A stretch of 63,513 bases of DNA, counting the filler, from Octopus bimaculoides (lineage: Eukaryota), in assembly GCF_001194135.2 (NCBI RefSeq). It is 2 parts of 2 records of this genome, joined end to end, with 100 filler letters (N's around TTAATTAATTAA, not from the genome) between each part and the next. Parts side by side here need not be neighbours in the genome. Positions count along the whole stretch, not along the records: positions 31,793 to 63,513 come from NC_068992.1; 1 more part is not named here. One strand, given 5' to 3'. The position numbers and the translations under genes are program-made. Below the pieces are notes generated by a model. The model was not told where the DNA came from. It worked only from the letters and a program-made list of their open reading frames with translations, and made no database searches. This document shows positions 41,201-54,685 of the stretch, piece by piece (position 1 is the stretch's first letter; each line of letters starts with the position of its first letter).

Positions 41201-42083
41201 AAGGTATACTTCCTTGAGTGATCTTACACTAATGTCGGTTGAATAAAAACTCTATACTGACTTATATATGTAACGACAGGAGGATTCGTTTGTGGCATAA
41301 GAAACTAAGTTTTATAAATTTGTAAATTTTAGGGTCAGTACTCTGGTTCTATGTTCGAGTCCTACGCCAGACTTTGATGCTTAGAGTGGTTTTAAAACAA
41401 TCTGCGTGGGCACTGAAATTCGCAATAATTCTAAGGCCGCGTATCATAGTAAGCGTAGCAATTTCTTAAAATTTATGTATTTTTGAATAAAACTCGAAGG
41501 GATTTCAGTTCAAGCAAACTTTCTCAACAATTTCTTCAAAGTTATGCCTTTTTAATTAAACACAAAACAATTTCAGAATAAACTTTCGTTTTCCTTGGTT
41601 ATATATCCCAAATTTTAAATTTAAAAGAGAGTTTTGACGCTAATATCCATTATTATTGAAATTTATTCCTGTCAACATTTCTGTAAAAGGCTATATTTAA
41701 CTGTCAAATTCAAGTCAAACATATAAATTGCCTTACACATCTTCAGGGAAAAAAAGGTTAAGAACAAAAAGTAAACACCAAAACATCGTCTCTAAGTCCA
41801 GTCCATATTCAAATTTCTCCTTAAATAACTCGTTAAATAAATTCCTCCTTAAATAAAGGTCCGTTAAGGGGAGACAACCCCTCATAATATTATTAATAAT
41901 ATTAATAATATTATTAATAAATTATAAACAATCCCCTATTACAATGGAAATCTATACTATATTATCTCTAGAATCTTTTGCAAAAAAAACACAGCTGCTA
42001 TTGGTAAATTATACATTGATATGGCCTGCCTTAAGACTTAATATTATACTATAATGTACTATAATACCCGGTCATATTGCAAT

Positions 42084-42497
42084 TTATTTAAACCAGAGAA
42101 ATGTGTGTCTTGGAAAATGTGTACATCTTAGAGCATTATTTGTTAGTTTATTTATCAACTTACCTTTAAAGAATAATATGAAATATAGTTCTAAATTACA
42201 TAACGAACAATATCTCCTACCCTTGTCGTACGGGAAAGACTTCCCGATGACCGACCATTCTAACGAATATTGCTTTTTTTGTTCTTTCAGTTCCCAAATG
42301 AATTTACTTCTATCTCTAAAGGTACTATAATGAGTAGATAATCTTTTACAGATTTGTCCCGAAGTACACCCCAGGTATCGGCTAACATCTGTCTGAGTCC
42401 TTACCTTACATTGATAAACTATATTTCTAACTCTCGCATTAGGGCCTTCAAACTTCAATCTTCTGGGGTTGACCTCTGTTACTGTAATCATATTCCG

Positions 42498-42559
<62 letters not shown>

Positions 42560-42784
42560 CATTTATATCAGGGTTCATATCGCTATCCACTCCTATTCCT
42601 TTTGATTTAAGTATTTTAAAATTATGAGATGCAATTATTTGGGCTAAGTTCATAGTGTTTGAAAAACCAAATCTAATGGTATTTGTATTAATAATTTTAC
42701 CATAGTGTGAATTCTTTGGGAAATATCTGCTTATCACCTCTCTAAACTATGCAATCAAGTTAGATTTAACAAACCTACCAAAAG
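42084..42784 (-). mobile_element. Penelope-like retroelement C-terminus (RT thumb/linker + GIY-YIG)
   Basis: The 217-aa ORF contains RYFPKNSHYGKIINTNTIRFGFS...IIASHNFKIL, IVYQCKV...YLGCTSG..CKRLSTH and YCSLCNLELYFIL...INK...CTH. An in-frame TAG lies just upstream, then an N gap. Confidence 0.88.
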
Positions 42785-44647
42785 NNNNNNNNNNNNNNNN
42801 NNNNNNNNNNNNNNNNNNNNNNNNNNNNNNNNNNNNNNNNNNNNNNNNNNNNNNNNNNNNNNNNNNNNNNNNNNNNNNNNNNNNNNNNNNNNNNNNNNNN
42901 NNNNNNNNNNNNNNNNNNNNNNNNNNNNNNNNNNNNNNNNNNNNNNNNNNNNNNNNNNNNNNNNNNNNNNNNNNNNNNNNNNNNNNNNNNNNNNNNNNNN
43001 NNNNNNNNNNNNNNNNNNNNNNNNNNNNNNNNNNNNNNNNNNNNNNNNNNNNNNNNNNNNNNNNNNNNNNNNNNNNNNNNNNNNNNNNNNNNNNNNNNNN
43101 NNNNNNNNNNNNNNNNNNNNNNNNNNNNNNNNNNNNNNNNNNNNNNNNNNNNNNNNNNNNNNNNNNNNNNNNNNNNNNNNNNNNNNNNNNNNNNNNNNNN
43201 NNNNNNNNNNNNNNNNNNNNNNNNNNNNNNNNNNNNNNNNNNNNNNNNNNNNNNNNNNNNNNNNNNNNNNNNNNNNNNNNNNNNNNNNNNNNNNNNNNNN
43301 NNNNNNNNNNNNNNNNNNNNNNNNNNNNNNNNNNNNNNNNNNNNNNNNNNNNNNNNNNNNNNNNNNNNNNNNNNNNNNNNNNNNNNNNNNNNNNNNNNNN
43401 NNNNNNNNNNNNNNNNNNNNNNNNGAATGGAAAAAATTATGAATGAAAAAATTAGGAAAGAAAAAATTATTAAGAATAAAAGGTTAAACTTTATATATAT
43501 ATACAAAGTTTTGATTTTTAAAAAACTTTAACGATATTATAAACTATAAAGATTAATAATTAATCAAATAATATTAATCAAAAATAATCGAAAATATATC
43601 AACACTATTCCAATCGAAGTTCTAATATTATGTTGAAATGAAACTATAAGTTCTAAATAATTTAGTGTTAAATAAGTTATCTATTAAAATAATCTATAAA
43701 GAACCAAATGAATAGTATAAAAACAAGAATACATATTATTTTCAAATAGTAGAAAATCTTTAGCAAAGTGAAAACAGTACTTATCCAAATTTTTCCGTAA
43801 TTCAAATTGAAAACTTCTGGAGTTATGTAGTATACTGGATGCATTACCAAAGAACTTGAGAAACAGGTAAAAGTTGGTGACAGGAAGAGCATCCAGTTTT
43901 AGAAAATTTGCATCTACAAGATTTTTCTAACTGCAAAGATGTATATAGGAGTTCACTTGAAGACTGTTGTTTCCTTGAGATTGAATATTTTGCACGGTAG
44001 TAATTCAAGAAGGGAACAAAGCAGAGGTTTTTTATTGCAGAAGACACCCTTGGTGCTGTAATTTCGGTGTTTGAAAATCTATGCCATGCATAGTGAGGAA
44101 AGACTCTGCACCAATATATTATATTGTCTTTGAGTTTTTAAAGTTCAATGGTAATCCATGTAGATAATTGTTAGATAGATTAGGATGCATGGGATTAAGA
44201 ATCGTGTTGTGTTTAAAAAAAGCTGAGAGTTTATGTCTGTGTGCCTGTATGTGTGCGTGTGTATGTGTGTGTGTGCGCGTGTGTGTGTGCGTGTGTGTGT
44301 AGATTTCCTGGCAACATGTGGGTTCTGTTTGTGTTTACTTGATACGTATACACCGTGTATTTGAGTAAACATTGATTGACGTAGCAATTTTGGATGGAGT
44401 TGGTCGGATTTTGATATGGCATGTATTGTTAATCTGTAGTATTATTCACAGGCATATGCTCGACGAATTGACGTGTCTAGCTGCTCTCTCCTTAACAATT
44501 AATCTACAACGTTCTCACCTATTCACTAGTTTTATCTACCATTCTTTTTCTCTCGATAATCTCTATATCTTAACTATCATAACACCATCAGTGAACTATT
44601 CCAGTGTCAAACTGGAACGAGCAAGAATGTGTTGAACGTGTTCATTT

Positions 44648-44928
44648 TTGTATATACATGGTAATGACGGTTTCTACGAAACGCTTGCGTTAAGAAAAAA
44701 CTAACACTTCTCAGTTTGTCGTAGGTTAGCCTATACGTTGTTGAATAACTTCCTTTTGAAATTCTCATTGATGATATAGCGAATTCACTGGTTTCGGTAT
44801 ATTCTCAGGGAGAATTTCAAAAACAAGGTATTTAACAACGTGTAGGCTAACCTACAACAAATTCAGAAGTGTTAGTTTTTTCTTAACGCAAGCGTTCCAT
44901 AGAAACCGCTATTGCTACGTATATACAA
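44648..44928. mobile_element. MITE with ~115-bp imperfect TIRs
   Basis: ttgtatatac...cggtttctacgaaacgcttgcgttaagaaaaaactaacacttct is mirrored by agaagtgttagttttttcttaacgcaagcgttccatagaaaccg...gtatatacaa. Confidence 0.8.
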
Positions 44929-45588
44929 ATTAACGAATTGTGTATGGAAACAGCTGTAGGTAGGAATTTCTATGTATGAATTTGAAAATCTTGAAGTAAA
45001 AACCCCTGTACGTAATTTTTTGTCCATTTTCATCATTTTCTTATTTAGAAATGTATATATATATGTATATACTTTATTGGGCTCTTACCAGAGGCGCCTT
45101 AATCAATTTGATCTACCTCACACACACACACACACACACNNNNNNNNNNNNNNNNNNNNNNNNNNNNNNNNNNNNNNNNNNNNNNNNNNNNNNNNNNNNN
45201 NNNNNNNNNNNNNNNNNNNNNNNNNNNNNNNNNNNNNNNNNNNNNNNNNNNNNNNNNNNNNNNNNNNNNNNNNNNNNNNNNNNNNNNNNNNNNNNNNNNN
45301 NNNNNNNNNNNNNNNNNNNNNNNNNNNNNNNNNNNNNNNNNNNNNNNNNNNNNNNNNNNNNNNNNNNNNNNNNNNNNNNNNNNNNNNNNNNNNNNNNNNN
45401 NNNNNNNNNNNNNNNNNNNNNNNNNNNNNNNNNNNNNNNNNNNNNNNNNNNNNNNNNNNNNNNNNNNNNNNNNNNNNNNNNNNNNNNNNNNNNNNNNNNN
45501 NNNNNNNNNNNNNNNNNNNNNNNNNNNNNNNNNNNNNNNNNNNNNNNNNNNNNNNNNNNNNNNNNNNATATATATATATATATATATA

Positions 45589-45746
45589 CGACGGGCTTCT
45601 TTTAGTTTCCGTCTACCAAATCCACTCACAAGGCTTTGGTTGGCCCGAGGCTATAGTAGAAGACACTTGCCCAATGTGTCACACAGTGGGACTGAACCCG
45701 GAACCATGTGGTTGGTCAGCAGGCTACTGACCACACAGCCACGCCT
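45589..45746 (-). mobile_element. Same CORE-type SINE family, well-preserved 5' half
   Basis: Reverse complement of the 51514 copy's head through gaagcccgtcg. Confidence 0.8.
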
Positions 45747-46849
45747 GCGCATTATTAAAAATTTTACGGAAATTAACGAACAATTATACGATCCCATATG
45801 ATCGAGTTGACAACTTTCCTTCTTCAAACGAAAGCTTACCATACACATGCACATAGACACTCTAGGTAAAACTTCTGTACGAATTATGTTATTTCTTGCT
45901 GTGTGCACGCACAATTTTACAGCTCAAATCCAATTGAAATGACCTTTTTCTATTGCGTAATTTGTGTTTGTGATGAGCATCTTTAAAAACATTCGATATA
46001 AACTTAAAAGGAGGTTTTCCCAGAAATCCTGTCCTTTTCCTCTTCTTTCTTGCATGTCCGATGTGACATTTGCGTCCTCANNNNNNNNNNNNNNNNNNNN
46101 NNNNNNNNNNNNNNNNNNNNNNNNNNNNNNNNNNNNNNNNNNNNNNNNNNNNNNNNNNNNNNNNNNNNNNNNNNNNNNNNNNNNNNNNNNNNNNNNNNNN
46201 NNNNNNNNNNNNNNNNNNNNNNNNNNNNNNNNNNNNNNNNNNNNNNNNNNNNNNNNNNNNNNNNNNNNNNNNNNNNNNNNNNNNNNNNNNNNNNNNNNNN
46301 NNNNNNNNNNNNNNNNNNNNNNNNNNNNNNNNNNNNNNNNNNNNNNNNNNNNNNNNNNNNNNNNNNNNNNNNNNNNNNNNNNNNNNNNNNNNNNNNNNNN
46401 NNNNNNNNNNNNNNNNNNNNNNNNNNNNNNNNNNNNNNNNNNNNNNNNNNNNNNNNNNNNNNNNNNNNNNNNNNNNNNNNNNNNNNNNNNNNNNNNNNNN
46501 NNNNNNNNNNNNNNNNNNNNNNNNNNNNNNNNNNNNNNNNNNNNNNNNNNNNNNNNNNNNNNNNNNNNNNNNNNNNNNNNNNNNNNNNNNNNNNNNNNNN
46601 NNNNNNNNNNNNNNNNNNNNNNNNNNNNNNNNNNNNNNNNNNNNNNNNNNNNNNNNNNNNNNNNNNNNNNNNNNNNNNNNNNNNNNNNNNNNNNNNNNNN
46701 NNNNNNNNNNNNNNNNNNNNNNNNNNNNNNNNNNNNNNNNNNNNNNNNNNNNNNNNNNNNNNNNNNNNNNNNNNNNNNNNNNNNNNNNNNNNNNNNNNNN
46801 NNNNNNATTGGAGAATTTTTTTCTTTTTTTTTCGTTGAATGAATTACTG

Positions 46850-48760
46850 TGAGCTCCTAGTATGTCACAAAACCCTTTTTGTTTTGTCTGGAAACCGGGG
46901 GTGGGATGGAACACGCGGAAATTTCACCCCTCCTCCTTCCCGCAATCATTGGAAAATGCTTTTTCTTCGTTTAATGAATTACGGTGACCTCCTAATATGC
47001 CACAAAACACTTTTTATCCGGAAAACGGAGTGTGGGGTGGGGTAGAACCCTAGGAAATTTCACCCCACCCCTCCCCCGAATTTCACAGAGAAATTTCACT
47101 TCTCTCCCAATTTCAGAAGGAAGATTTTTTGGCAAATTTTTACACCAGGGTCAGTACTTGTCGGCTAGGGAACGCTTCCGTAGTAACGCTTGACCTTTTA
47201 GAAATAACAGCCAACTCCCTAGCTACACTGCACTGTCTTTGTTGAGCAAAACGTACCCGTACCGTATTCTTTCGTTATCTTCTGTGTATGCATATGTGTG
47301 TGTATTTATGTATGTATATATGTGTATGTATATATATGTGTCTATATATATGTGTATATGTATGTGTGTGTATATGTATGTGTGTGCATATATATACGTG
47401 TGTGTATATATGTGTGTGTAATTATGTGTATATATATATGTGTGTGTGTGTACATATATATATATGTGTGTGTAGGTATATATGTGTATACATATGTGTG
47501 TGTGTATATATATATATGTGTGTGTATATATATGTATGTGTGTGTATATATGTGTGCGTGTGTGTGTATATATATATGTGTGTGTGTGTGTGGTGATAAC
47601 AATGTCCTATTTCTGAAACAATGGAACTACCTTTTGGTTAAATCTCTAATTTTTACAAGTGCACCTTCACCACTTTTTTTTGTTTTTTTTTGTTTTGCAT
47701 ATTTGTAATTTCCGATATCTAATTACAACCTAGGAAACCGAAGAAATATTTTCGAAGGTGAGGTGCGAAACTGCATTAGCCCCTTTTCTTTACACATATT
47801 TCATGATAACATTTTGCAGAAATACGTTTTCGAGAGTGTGGTTTACATTAGATTGAAATTCAAACAAGTTTGAAAAGAATAAGTGAAAATGCTTAAAGTT
47901 ATAGAAATTAGTGGTAACGAAGTCTGTACAGGAGAGATAAAGAATGATACAAAATTCTTCTAAAAAAAACGTTAGTGTTTGTGTATGTGTGTGAAGCCAG
48001 TAAAAGTATGTTAAAAAAAATATCTTTTACATACCTCTAAAAATCACTGGTTATATCAATCCCAGATTGCAGAATAGATTTAAAATGCTATTGAGTGTTT
48101 TACAAAAAAAACTTTCACTTTCCCTTCGGAAATTTTTGCGCCGAAATTCTCTAATCGGATAACTAATGCGTTTCCCTTTTGTGTGGAGAGAGAGAGAGGG
48201 GGAGAGGGGGAGAGAGAGAGTAAAGGTGTGTTTTTTGTCATGTATGTATGTTTTTGCATGTATGTGTAAAAGGCACACACTTGGACACGTTTATATACAC
48301 ACACATACATATATACACACACTTAAACACATATACATACGTATATACGCACATACATATACACACTCATACACATATAAACACACAAATATACACATAC
48401 ACATACACACACACAAAGATAACGAAAGAATACGGTACGGGTGCGTTTTGCTCAACAAAGACGTTGAGTATTATTTCTAAAGTGCTACTAAAGTGACGAG
48501 TGCTACTGGAAACGTTCCCTTGTCAACAAGAATTGACATTCGTGTAAAAATTTGCCTAAAAATTTTCCCTCTGAAATTGGTCGTGGTGGTGGTGGTGGAT
48601 GGGAGTGAAATTTCCTTGTGAAATTTGGGAAGGGGAGGTAAAATTTCCGAGGATTCCCCTCCAACCTACCTCACCGTCTTCCGGACAAAAAGGTGTTTTG
48701 TGGCATATTAGGAGCCACAAACTTCCAATAAGGGGTTGTGGCACAGTAGGAGGTCAGGGG
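46850..48760. mobile_element. Long-TIR foldback-type DNA element with repeated subterminal motif
   Basis: 46985-47185 is an imperfect reverse complement of 48498-48715. Motif ctcctaatatgccacaa (or variants) occurs at 46854 and 46989, and inverted at 48698 and 48736. The interior is microsatellite-rich and non-coding. Confidence 0.7.
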
Positions 48761-49165
48761 AGTTGATTCCACGCGAAAAATCCGAGTTTGTTTGGGGGTT
48801 TTTTTGGTGAAAAGCGTGGGGTGAGTTGGTAAAAGTTTACAGAAGTCTCTTCAGAAGTAATGTCGTTTACCTATTGTTTCGGGTTTTCTGGTGGTGGTCT
48901 GGTATTTTTTACGTCTACTATTTCAGTAGAATTCTACGCATGCATGAAACATCAGACGAAAGTGAAAGATTGGGAGATTTTAGCTTTTTGAAAGCGGCTA
49001 GGTGATGGGTGGGTAATGTGGGGGAAAATTAAACTGTAAGAAAAATTAAGAAAAATTAAGAAAAATTAAACTGTAAAAATATATATATATCTCAGATTCG
49101 TAATCTTTGTATTTTTCTACGGGGATAACACACACACACAAAAATAAAAAGAAAAATTGAAAAAA

Positions 49166-50200
49166 GTTACAAATTAAGAAATTACAGTGGAGTAAATTAA
49201 AATTTTGAAAACGTGATTTCTGGACAAAATCGTATTAACCCTCTTTTATACGATGAAACAATAGATAGTTTCTGATCCTTCTTAAGAACAGAAAGCACTT
49301 TCATGCAAACCCATGCAAATTGTACCCTCCTCCTTCACTTTTAAATAAACAATAGTTCTAATTATGCCATTAACTGTATATTAGCTGTGCTGGCTCTGCC
49401 CATAAGAAAGGAGCAAATACAACAATGTGGCTGTAGATCATAACACCTGAGATTGAACCTGCAACAGGAGAGCCAATTACAAACAAAAAGGTGTCATCAA
49501 AGGACTTCTGTTCTTACCAACTGATGTTAAGACCAGAACAATCAAATCACTTGTACATGTATTGTGATCTATTTCAGCAATACCTGCTTGATATGGATGC
49601 TCAAGTTGATAGTGAATGTCTCCTCTACATTCGTAACAATCGAAAAAAGTTAAGGAACTAAAAATTATGTTCATTTCCAAGATGCTCTGGGGACAAATGG
49701 TGATATTCAAAACATGGGGCACTTATAATCTTCCCATCATCATTCACAGGTGGTCCTCGACATATGCACGAACGAACACAAGATGCTATGACATACATCA
49801 GGACATATAGAAAACCAGATGTTTTTGTCACTTTCACCTGTAATCCTAAATGGGTGGAAATGAAATCAAACCTTCTTCCAGTATTGCAGCTACCCTCCTC
49901 AATGGGGGAAGACCTGTTCACTCCATGTTCAAGCTCCCTCTAAACGTTGTAATGAAAGAATCTCAAATGTGCAACATTTCCAAAAACTCTGCAATGGCAA
50001 CAGTTCTCCAACAAACTTGCCTCATTGTTTGGGATGAGTGCACTGTCACAACGTGGAGCTCTAGAAGTACTTGACCGTACCCTCCAAAACATAAAAGACA
50101 ATATCACGCTCATGGGAGGAGAAAACCGTTCTTGCAAGTTATCTCCAAACGATCAAAAGTTGATGAGGTCAATGCCTGGTTAAAAAAATCGTACCTTTGA
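49166..50200 (+). mobile_element. Internally deleted Helitron (Rep fragment joined to PIF1 helicase fragment)
   Basis: DLFQQYLLDMDAQVDSECLLYIRNN...LPSSFTGGPRHMHERTQDAMTYIRTYRKPDVFVTFTCNPKW (Rep) switches at about 49870 to SSIAATLLNGGRPVHSMFKLPL...LIVWDEC (PIF1). Confidence 0.88.
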
Positions 50201-51379
50201 AGACATTACAAAAATTTAATATTATAATTTTTCTTTTAGTCACCTATCGTAAATGACATTTTATAGCATCACCACAACGACGACGACGTCATATTTTCTA
50301 TATGAATGTGTTCACGCGTTCATTACGTACGTTTGGCCGATGACTGAAAAGTATATGTGTGTGATGGCGTATGTGTCTGTCAGTATACATACATTTTTGT
50401 GACGACTGAAACACACGCACACGCACACGCACATCTAAAGACAGAGACAGACACACACAGGGACAGAGGTAGGGCTAAGATATGAGTGAATGTATGTGTT
50501 TCTGTGTGTGTGTCTTTATCTATGTATGTGACTGTGCTGCCCAACAGTAAAACGCGCCGATTTTGAAAAAGTTTAGTTTAGTTGCGGCCTGAACGTTGAT
50601 GGAACAACAGCGTTCTCTTTGAAATACCACTCTTTGTATTTTTCTTTCCATCGCGGAGAGTCGCGGTTTAAACAGTATTAACGATTATCACTGCTTATCT
50701 GCTGAAATATTATTCTAGTTTTATAACCAAAATGAAGATTTGGCTGATTTGACAGCACTCACAATACACGCAAATATATCTGAAAAAAAAATGTTACTCT
50801 GCTTATTATAACAAATTCGGAAACTTAGCGAAGTAGAAAGCTTTAGCGGCTCTTTTAGTATAATTACAGAAATGTTATTCCACTCCTTATAACCAGTTTT
50901 TAACAGTCCTAACGTCTTTATCGTATTCCTGCTATGCTGTTTCATCACTGAGTATTCAACGCCACACAACCTTTTTACTGCGTTAGTATTTATTCTACTG
51001 CCTATATAACCTTACACAATTAAAATATATAGTAATGCCAAATTAGTTTGTCTTGCTACATGCATCCTTCAGCAAATGTTTTAAACTGATCAACGTTCAC
51101 AACAGCAGCATGTTCCTTTGTATACACTTCGTTCAGCGTTCGTTTCAAAATTGCAAAATAAATTATTTTTGTATGAAAAATTGAATTATGCCTTCTGAAT
51201 TTTCTTGGATTTCACTTTCTTCACATTGACATTCGTTCAATTGTGAATTTTATAACATTTAGTGCATGTTCCAAATAAATGTTGACTTTCTTACTTTGTT
51301 ACATTGCTATTTTTATATATATATAAATATATATATATATAAATGGATGCGTGTATTTTCCCTTGTTTATATATTATAC

Positions 51380-51460
<81 letters not shown>

Positions 51461-51513
51461 ATATATACATAAACTACTTGGATTTGATATACAAAATATA
51501 TATACACATATAC

Positions 51514-51685
51514 AGGAGTGGCTGTGTGGTAAGTAGCTTGCTTACCAACCACATGATTCCGGTTTCAGTCCCACTGCGTGGCACCTTGGGCAAGTGTCTT
51601 CTACTATAGCCTCGGGCCGACCAAAGCCTTGTGAGTGGATTTGGTAGACGAAAACTGAAAGAACCCCATCGTATATATGCATATG

Positions 51686-51716
<31 letters not shown>

Positions 51717-51915
51717 TTGTGTGTCTGTGATTGTCAACTCCAACATCGCTTGACAACCGATGCTGGTGTGTTTACGTCCCCGTAACCTAGCGGTTCGGCA
51801 AGAGAGATCGATAGAATAAGTACTAGGCTTACAAAGAATAAGTCCTTGGTCGATTTGCTCGACTGAAGGCGGTGCTCCAGCATGGCCGCAGTCAAATGAC
51901 TGAAACAAGTAAGTG
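51514..51915 (+). mobile_element. tRNA-derived CORE-type SINE (octopus OR-like family), best-preserved copy
   Basis: A-box-like tggctgtgtggta, B-box-like ggtttcagtcc, CORE-like accttgggcaagtgtctt, internal (TA/TG)n and tail cagcatggccgcagtcaaatgactgaaac. Other approximate copies: 2887-3190+, 3995-4150+, 7700-7840+, 7860-8010-, 14010-14120-, 15512-15660-, 24400-24545-, 26527-26660+, 27135-27265-, 31015-31180+. Confidence 0.85.
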
Positions 51916-52344
51916 AAGAGATATACATGTAGATAGAGAGAAAACAAAGGCTGAAAATTTTCAGACGATAAATATTCAAGTATAAATATTTAGATATTTA
52001 TATATTAACAGAGCGAACTTACAAGGGTACAAAGACAGAAATTTAAAAGGAAAGTATGGTGTTAAAAATCCGACTGCCGTTTCTGGGGGCTCAGAGTTAC
52101 TTCATAATGTTTGCAGATATAGTTCATCAGAGCATGCAACCAGTAATGGAAGCAAATAAACATTGGATAGATCCGGCCTCTGTCTCTACCCTGAAAACTA
52201 GCCACCAACAAGTTGTCAATATAAGCAAAACCAAAGTGTAAACCATGAGAGACAGTCGATAAATTAGCAGCGTTTTTTAGTTAAAAAGGCATTTTAAGAA
52301 ATTTAAAAAATCCAAAAAGAGTAGTTGTAGCTGTTTTAGGAACA

Positions 52345-54150
52345 TCATCTGATTCTATGGGGATCTGAGTACAGGCATGTACTAAATTGATTTTCAATTA
52401 AAGAAACATAAAGAAGCTGAGAATTATGGATGTGAGGAATTGAGTATTTATCAGGTATAGTTAAAGCGTTTAATCGTCTGCAGTCTCCACAGGAACGCAA
52501 ACCTTCCTCAGTATTCTTGAGAATCATGTGTAATGGTGAAAACCAATTACTACATGAAGGTCGAATTATTCCGAAGACTAACATGTGGCTAAATTCGTCC
52601 TTTGCTATTTTTAGTTTGTCAGCAACGAGTTGCCTAGATCGCGATGAAACAGGAGGTCCTTTAGTGATGAAAAGATGCGCAACCAAATATACAAGACTCA
52701 TATCATTAAAAATGGTGCAAGTGATGTCTGGAAAATGTTTAAGAATCGTGCGATAGTGATTAGATGTAGAACGTATAAAGAAGAGAAGACTGACAGTAGC
52801 ATGTTTTCCGTACATACCTTGCGCGGACAAATCGGTTTCTAAATCTACCAATCTCTTGAGAGAGTAGGCGCGAAAAAAAGAGGTGTCTCAATATCGNNNN
52901 NNNNNNNNNNNNNNNNNNNNNNNNNNNNNNNNNNNNNNNNNNNNNNNNNNNNNNNNNNNNNNNNNNNNNNNNNNNNNNNNNNNNNNNNNNNNNNNNNNNN
53001 NNNNNNNNNNNNNNNNNNNNNNNNNNNNNNNNNNNNNNNNNNNNNNNNNNNNNNNNNNNNNNNNNNNNNNNNNNNNNNNNNNNNNNNNNNNNNNNNNNNN
53101 NNNNNNNNNNNNNNNNNNNNNNNNNNNNNNNNNNNNNNNNNNNNNNNNNNNNNNNNNNNNNNNNNNNNNNNNNNNNNNNNNNNNNNNNNNNNNNNNNNNN
53201 NNNNNNNNNNNNNNNNNNNNNNNNNNNNNNNNNNNNNNNNNNNNNNNNNNNNNNNNNNNNNNNNNNNNNNNNNNNNNNNNNNNNNNNNNNNNNNNNNNNN
53301 NNNNNNNNNNNNNNNNNNNNNNNNNNNNNNNNNNNNNNNNNNNNNNNNNNNNNNNNNNNNNNNNNNNNNNNNNNNNNNNNNNNNNNNNNNNNNNNNNNNN
53401 NNNNNNNNNNNNNNNNNNNNNNNNNNNNNNNNNNNNNNNNNNNNNNNNNNNNNNNNNNNNNNNNNNNNNNNNNNNNNNNNNNNNNNNCTAACTCGTTAAT
53501 AGACGCTATCAGCATATCAACAACATAACTTAAAAGGGTAGGGGGTGCGGTGGTAATGATTTATCAGCTTTTGAACTTGCTTGCTGTTACTGAGGGTGGG
53601 GGTCACGAAATTGATGACTCCGATCCCTACTGCTGCGGTTTTTGCCGGTCTTTTCTTGTCACACATCACTATATGTCAAGAAGATGAGCATCGAGTGTCG
53701 CCTCTATGCGTGGAGATCGCATCGTTGCTGGACCTTTCTTTGTTGGGAGGAAGCTGCGTGTAGAATAACTCAAGGCAACGCACCACCTTTAACTTTATAG
53801 TTATTGCTGGACATGGTATTTTGTGTTGGCTACTTACAGAGAAATTGTTAATGATATAATTGCCGATTGGGAGGAGAAAAAAGCTGCACCGTATTCGCAG
53901 GACATCGTGTGAATGTTCTGAATCGGTGACAGAGGAACAAGTCGTTTGCGCAAAAGTCTGGATTTGTCAGCTCGAATGCCGGAGGTCGTCTGCCTGGTGA
54001 ATTAGGCGCCAATCTGTTTATTTTTTAGGTGGTGACCAGGGATTAAATTTTAGAACATCCAAGTAAGCTATATCACGCCATAGCTTCACACTGACTGGTT
54101 GAATTTATTGATCAATCATGTGAAACTGTAGTGGCTTACTCGTGGTACCT
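52345..54150 (-). mobile_element. Gypsy (Ty3) LTR retrotransposon gag-pol remnant
   Basis: HLFITKGPPVSSRSRQL.ADKLKIAKDEF..ML..GIIRPSCSNWFSPLHMI.K...RSCGDCRRLNALTIPDKYSIPHIH is a typical Gypsy RT N-terminus. Degraded gag-like sequence lies upstream across the N gap. Confidence 0.85.
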
Positions 54151-54245
54151 AATCAAGAAACTAGCGGTTAGTGTTCGAATCCCCGCAATGCCATAAAGGC
54201 GGTAGCCCAATATGGTCGGAGCTCAATGATTGAAACAAATAAAGG

Positions 54246-54390
54246 ATCGGGCTCAGTCCCATTGCGTGACACCTAGAGCTAGTTTCTTCTACAATGGCCT
54301 CTGGCCGACCAAAGCCTTGTGAGTAAATTTGGTAGACCAAATTTGAAAGAAGCCCGAAGTGTGTGTGTGTGTGTATGTGTGTGTGTGTGT

Positions 54391-54457
<67 letters not shown>

Positions 54458-54685
54458 TGTGCTTGCATGCATGTGTATGTCTTTGTGTCTGTATTTGTAC
54501 CCCGTCACCGCTTGATGACCAGTGCTGATGTGTTCATGTCCCTGTAACTTAGCTGTTCGGCAAAAGGACCGATATAAGAAGTACCAAGCTTAAAAATTAA
54601 ATGAATAATGGGATCGATTTGTACGAATAAAATTCAAGGTGGTGCCCCAGCATGGCTGCAGTCTAATGACAGGAACAAGTGAAAG
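54246..54685 (+). mobile_element. Same CORE-type SINE family copy
   Basis: ggctcagtcccattgcgtgacacc...ggccgaccaaagccttgtgag...gtgccccagcatggctgcagtc. Confidence 0.75.

Noticed and set aside
44929-44965. Hammerhead 3' half (GAAACAGCTGTA) with an upstream hairpin
   Set aside because: No CUGANGA core or stem I partner was found upstream, on either side of the adjacent MITE.
51514-51585. tRNA genes
   Set aside because: A/B-box-like heads run directly into SINE bodies, and no complete cloverleaf was identified.
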